Shown piece after piece: positions 62,968 to 64,000 of a stretch of DNA of 64,000 nucleotides. Position numbers and translations under genes: made by a program. Location: contig CAVPZU010000001.1 in NCBI GenBank assembly GCA_963710355.1, positions 25,572-89,571 of the forward strand, written 5' to 3'. The stretch's first letter is position 1. The number at the start of each line of letters is the position of its first letter. The notes beneath the pieces were generated by a model. That model was not told the origin of the DNA and searched no databases. It saw only the letters and a program-made list of their open reading frames with translations. This stretch comes from an uncultured Phycisphaerales bacterium. Lineage in GTDB: Bacteria > Planctomycetota > Phycisphaerae > Sedimentisphaerales > Anaerobacaceae.

Positions 62968-63635
62968 TGATAGTCGCTCAAAGAAAAAGTATCCCCGACC
63001 TGCTGGCAATAATAAAAAATCACAAAAAGATTCTCGTGCTCGGCTGCGGCACCTGCGTTACCGTATGCCTTGCAGGCGGACAGTGTGAGGTAAGCATCAT
63101 TGCTTCTGCATTACGAATGGCCGCAAAATTGAAAGGCCTGCCGCTCCAGGTTGAGGAGTTGACGATAGAGTGCCAGTGCGACAACGTCTTTCTTGAGCAG
63201 GCGGCCGAAGCGATAGAGAGAAACGATGCCGTTCTTTCACTTGGTTGCGGCGCTGGCGTTCAGGCCATTGCCGAGCGTTATGCCAGCAAGCCTGTTTACG
63301 CGGGCCTTGATACGACTTTTATCGGCATCCTCGAAGAAAGAGGCGTCTGGACCGAAAAATGCGCGGCCTGTGGCGCCTGTGTGCTCCACCAGTATGGCGG
63401 TATTTGTCCGGTTACTCGCTGTGCCAAACGTATGCTTAACGGCCCGTGCAGCGGCTCACGCGAAGACCGATGCGAAGTCAATCCGCAGCGCCAGTGCGCT
63501 TGGCAGCTTATATATAAGCGTCTCAAAGAAATCGGCCAGCTCGACAGACTAAAAGAGATCAAACCACCGAAGAATCGGAGTCTGAGCCATGATGGTGGCT
63601 ACCGTACTATAATCCGTGAAGACCACAGAATTTGA
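62967..63635 (+). CDS. metV: MetV-like protein (methylene-THF reductase C-terminal domain, Cys-rich)
   Basis: Contains LGCGTCVTVCLAGG, CAACGACVL...GICP and MLNGPCSGS (the NGPCGG-type motif of the MTHFR_C family). The start overlaps the mvhD stop. Confidence 0.8.
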   Translation: MIVAQRKSIPDLLAIIKNHKKILVLGCGTCVTVCLAGGQCEVSIIASALRMAAKLKGLPLQVEELTIECQCDNVFLEQAAEAIERNDAVLSLGCGAGVQAIAERYASKPVYAGLDTTFIGILEERGVWTEKCAACGACVLHQYGGICPVTRCAKRMLNGPCSGSREDRCEVNPQRQCAWQLIYKRLKEIGQLDRLKEIKPPKNRSLSHDGGYRTIIREDHRI

Positions 63636-63925
63636 TAATCAAATGGAGAATATAATTATTTTAATAGTGACCTAAAGAGTGGAACATTGGCTCGCCTTTG
63701 TGACTTCAATGAAAAAATATCAAGTATGTGATCTGGTTCAGACAGATACAAATATGGGCAGGCCACCTAGGCTCGCACCAAAATTTGCACCAAAGGGTCT
63801 CTGTTGGTCTTCGGTTCGCTCTCGGTTGCTTGTCGGCCGGCTTCATAAGTTTTTATTTTGCAAGTATAAACCGTTTATTCAGAAACACTTACAAGCCTTC
63901 AGTTCGGACTGTCGATTCTAAGGTT

Positions 63926-63950
63926 GAGGGTTCGAGCCCCTTCGGCCTCG
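63926..63950 (+). other. tRNA-like T-arm plus 3' acceptor strand with no matching 5' half
   Basis: Reads gaggg-ttcgagc-ccctt followed by cggcctc-g and a T-run. No complementary 5' acceptor strand (gRggYYg) or anticodon arm could be found upstream. Confidence 0.3.
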
Positions 63951-64000
63951 TTTTTATAAGTTAAAGACCGTCAGTCTTCACGTGAGAGCAACTTATTAAC

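Noticed and set aside
63700-63950. Possible tmRNA (ssrA). The 3' T-arm is preceded by TTCGGAC, and gatctggttcagacag near 63730 resembles the tmRNA 5' region.
   Set aside because: The 7 nt upstream of the 5'-like region (gtatgtg) cannot pair with the 3' acceptor strand cggcctc. The G:U would fall at 2:71 rather than 3:70. No tag-like reading frame ending in ..AA-stop is visible.

Overview
A 64-kb window from a roughly 50% G+C, Gram-negative-type bacterium (KdsA, LspA and a nuo operon are present). I cannot place the lineage from sequence alone. About two thirds is housekeeping: leuS, kdsA, xerC, mutL, gpmI, lspA, valS, rho, coaE, queF/queC, a btuFCD-like ABC importer, and an 11-gene nuoABCDHIJKLMN operon that lacks nuoEFG. 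The most unusual part is a 14-kb co-directional cluster (49.6-63.6 kb). It interleaves an archaeal-type split glutamate synthase (two FMN/Fe-S domain paralogs, plus a GATase+GXGXG fusion) with the acetogen-type MetF/MetV-HdrCBA-MvhD gene set. It also contains a roughly 1,500-codon HdrA-GltD-HdrA fusion. Accessory and mobile material comprises: an IS200/IS605 tnpA with flanking hairpins, an rve-type transposase, an IS630 element with an A7 slippery site, a decayed integrase next to a tRNA-Arg 3' fragment, a MITE-like nested palindrome, and a strongly AT-rich single-gene island (18.2-19.8 kb) whose orphan protein carries an RNxxxH (HEPN-like) motif. Many conserved genes (rho, metF, hdrA, the ABC ATPase and others) are broken by single-base frame interruptions, several of them at G/C homopolymers. 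These look more like sequence errors than decay, but that needs reads to confirm. I saw no rRNA, no CRISPR array and no intact tRNA.
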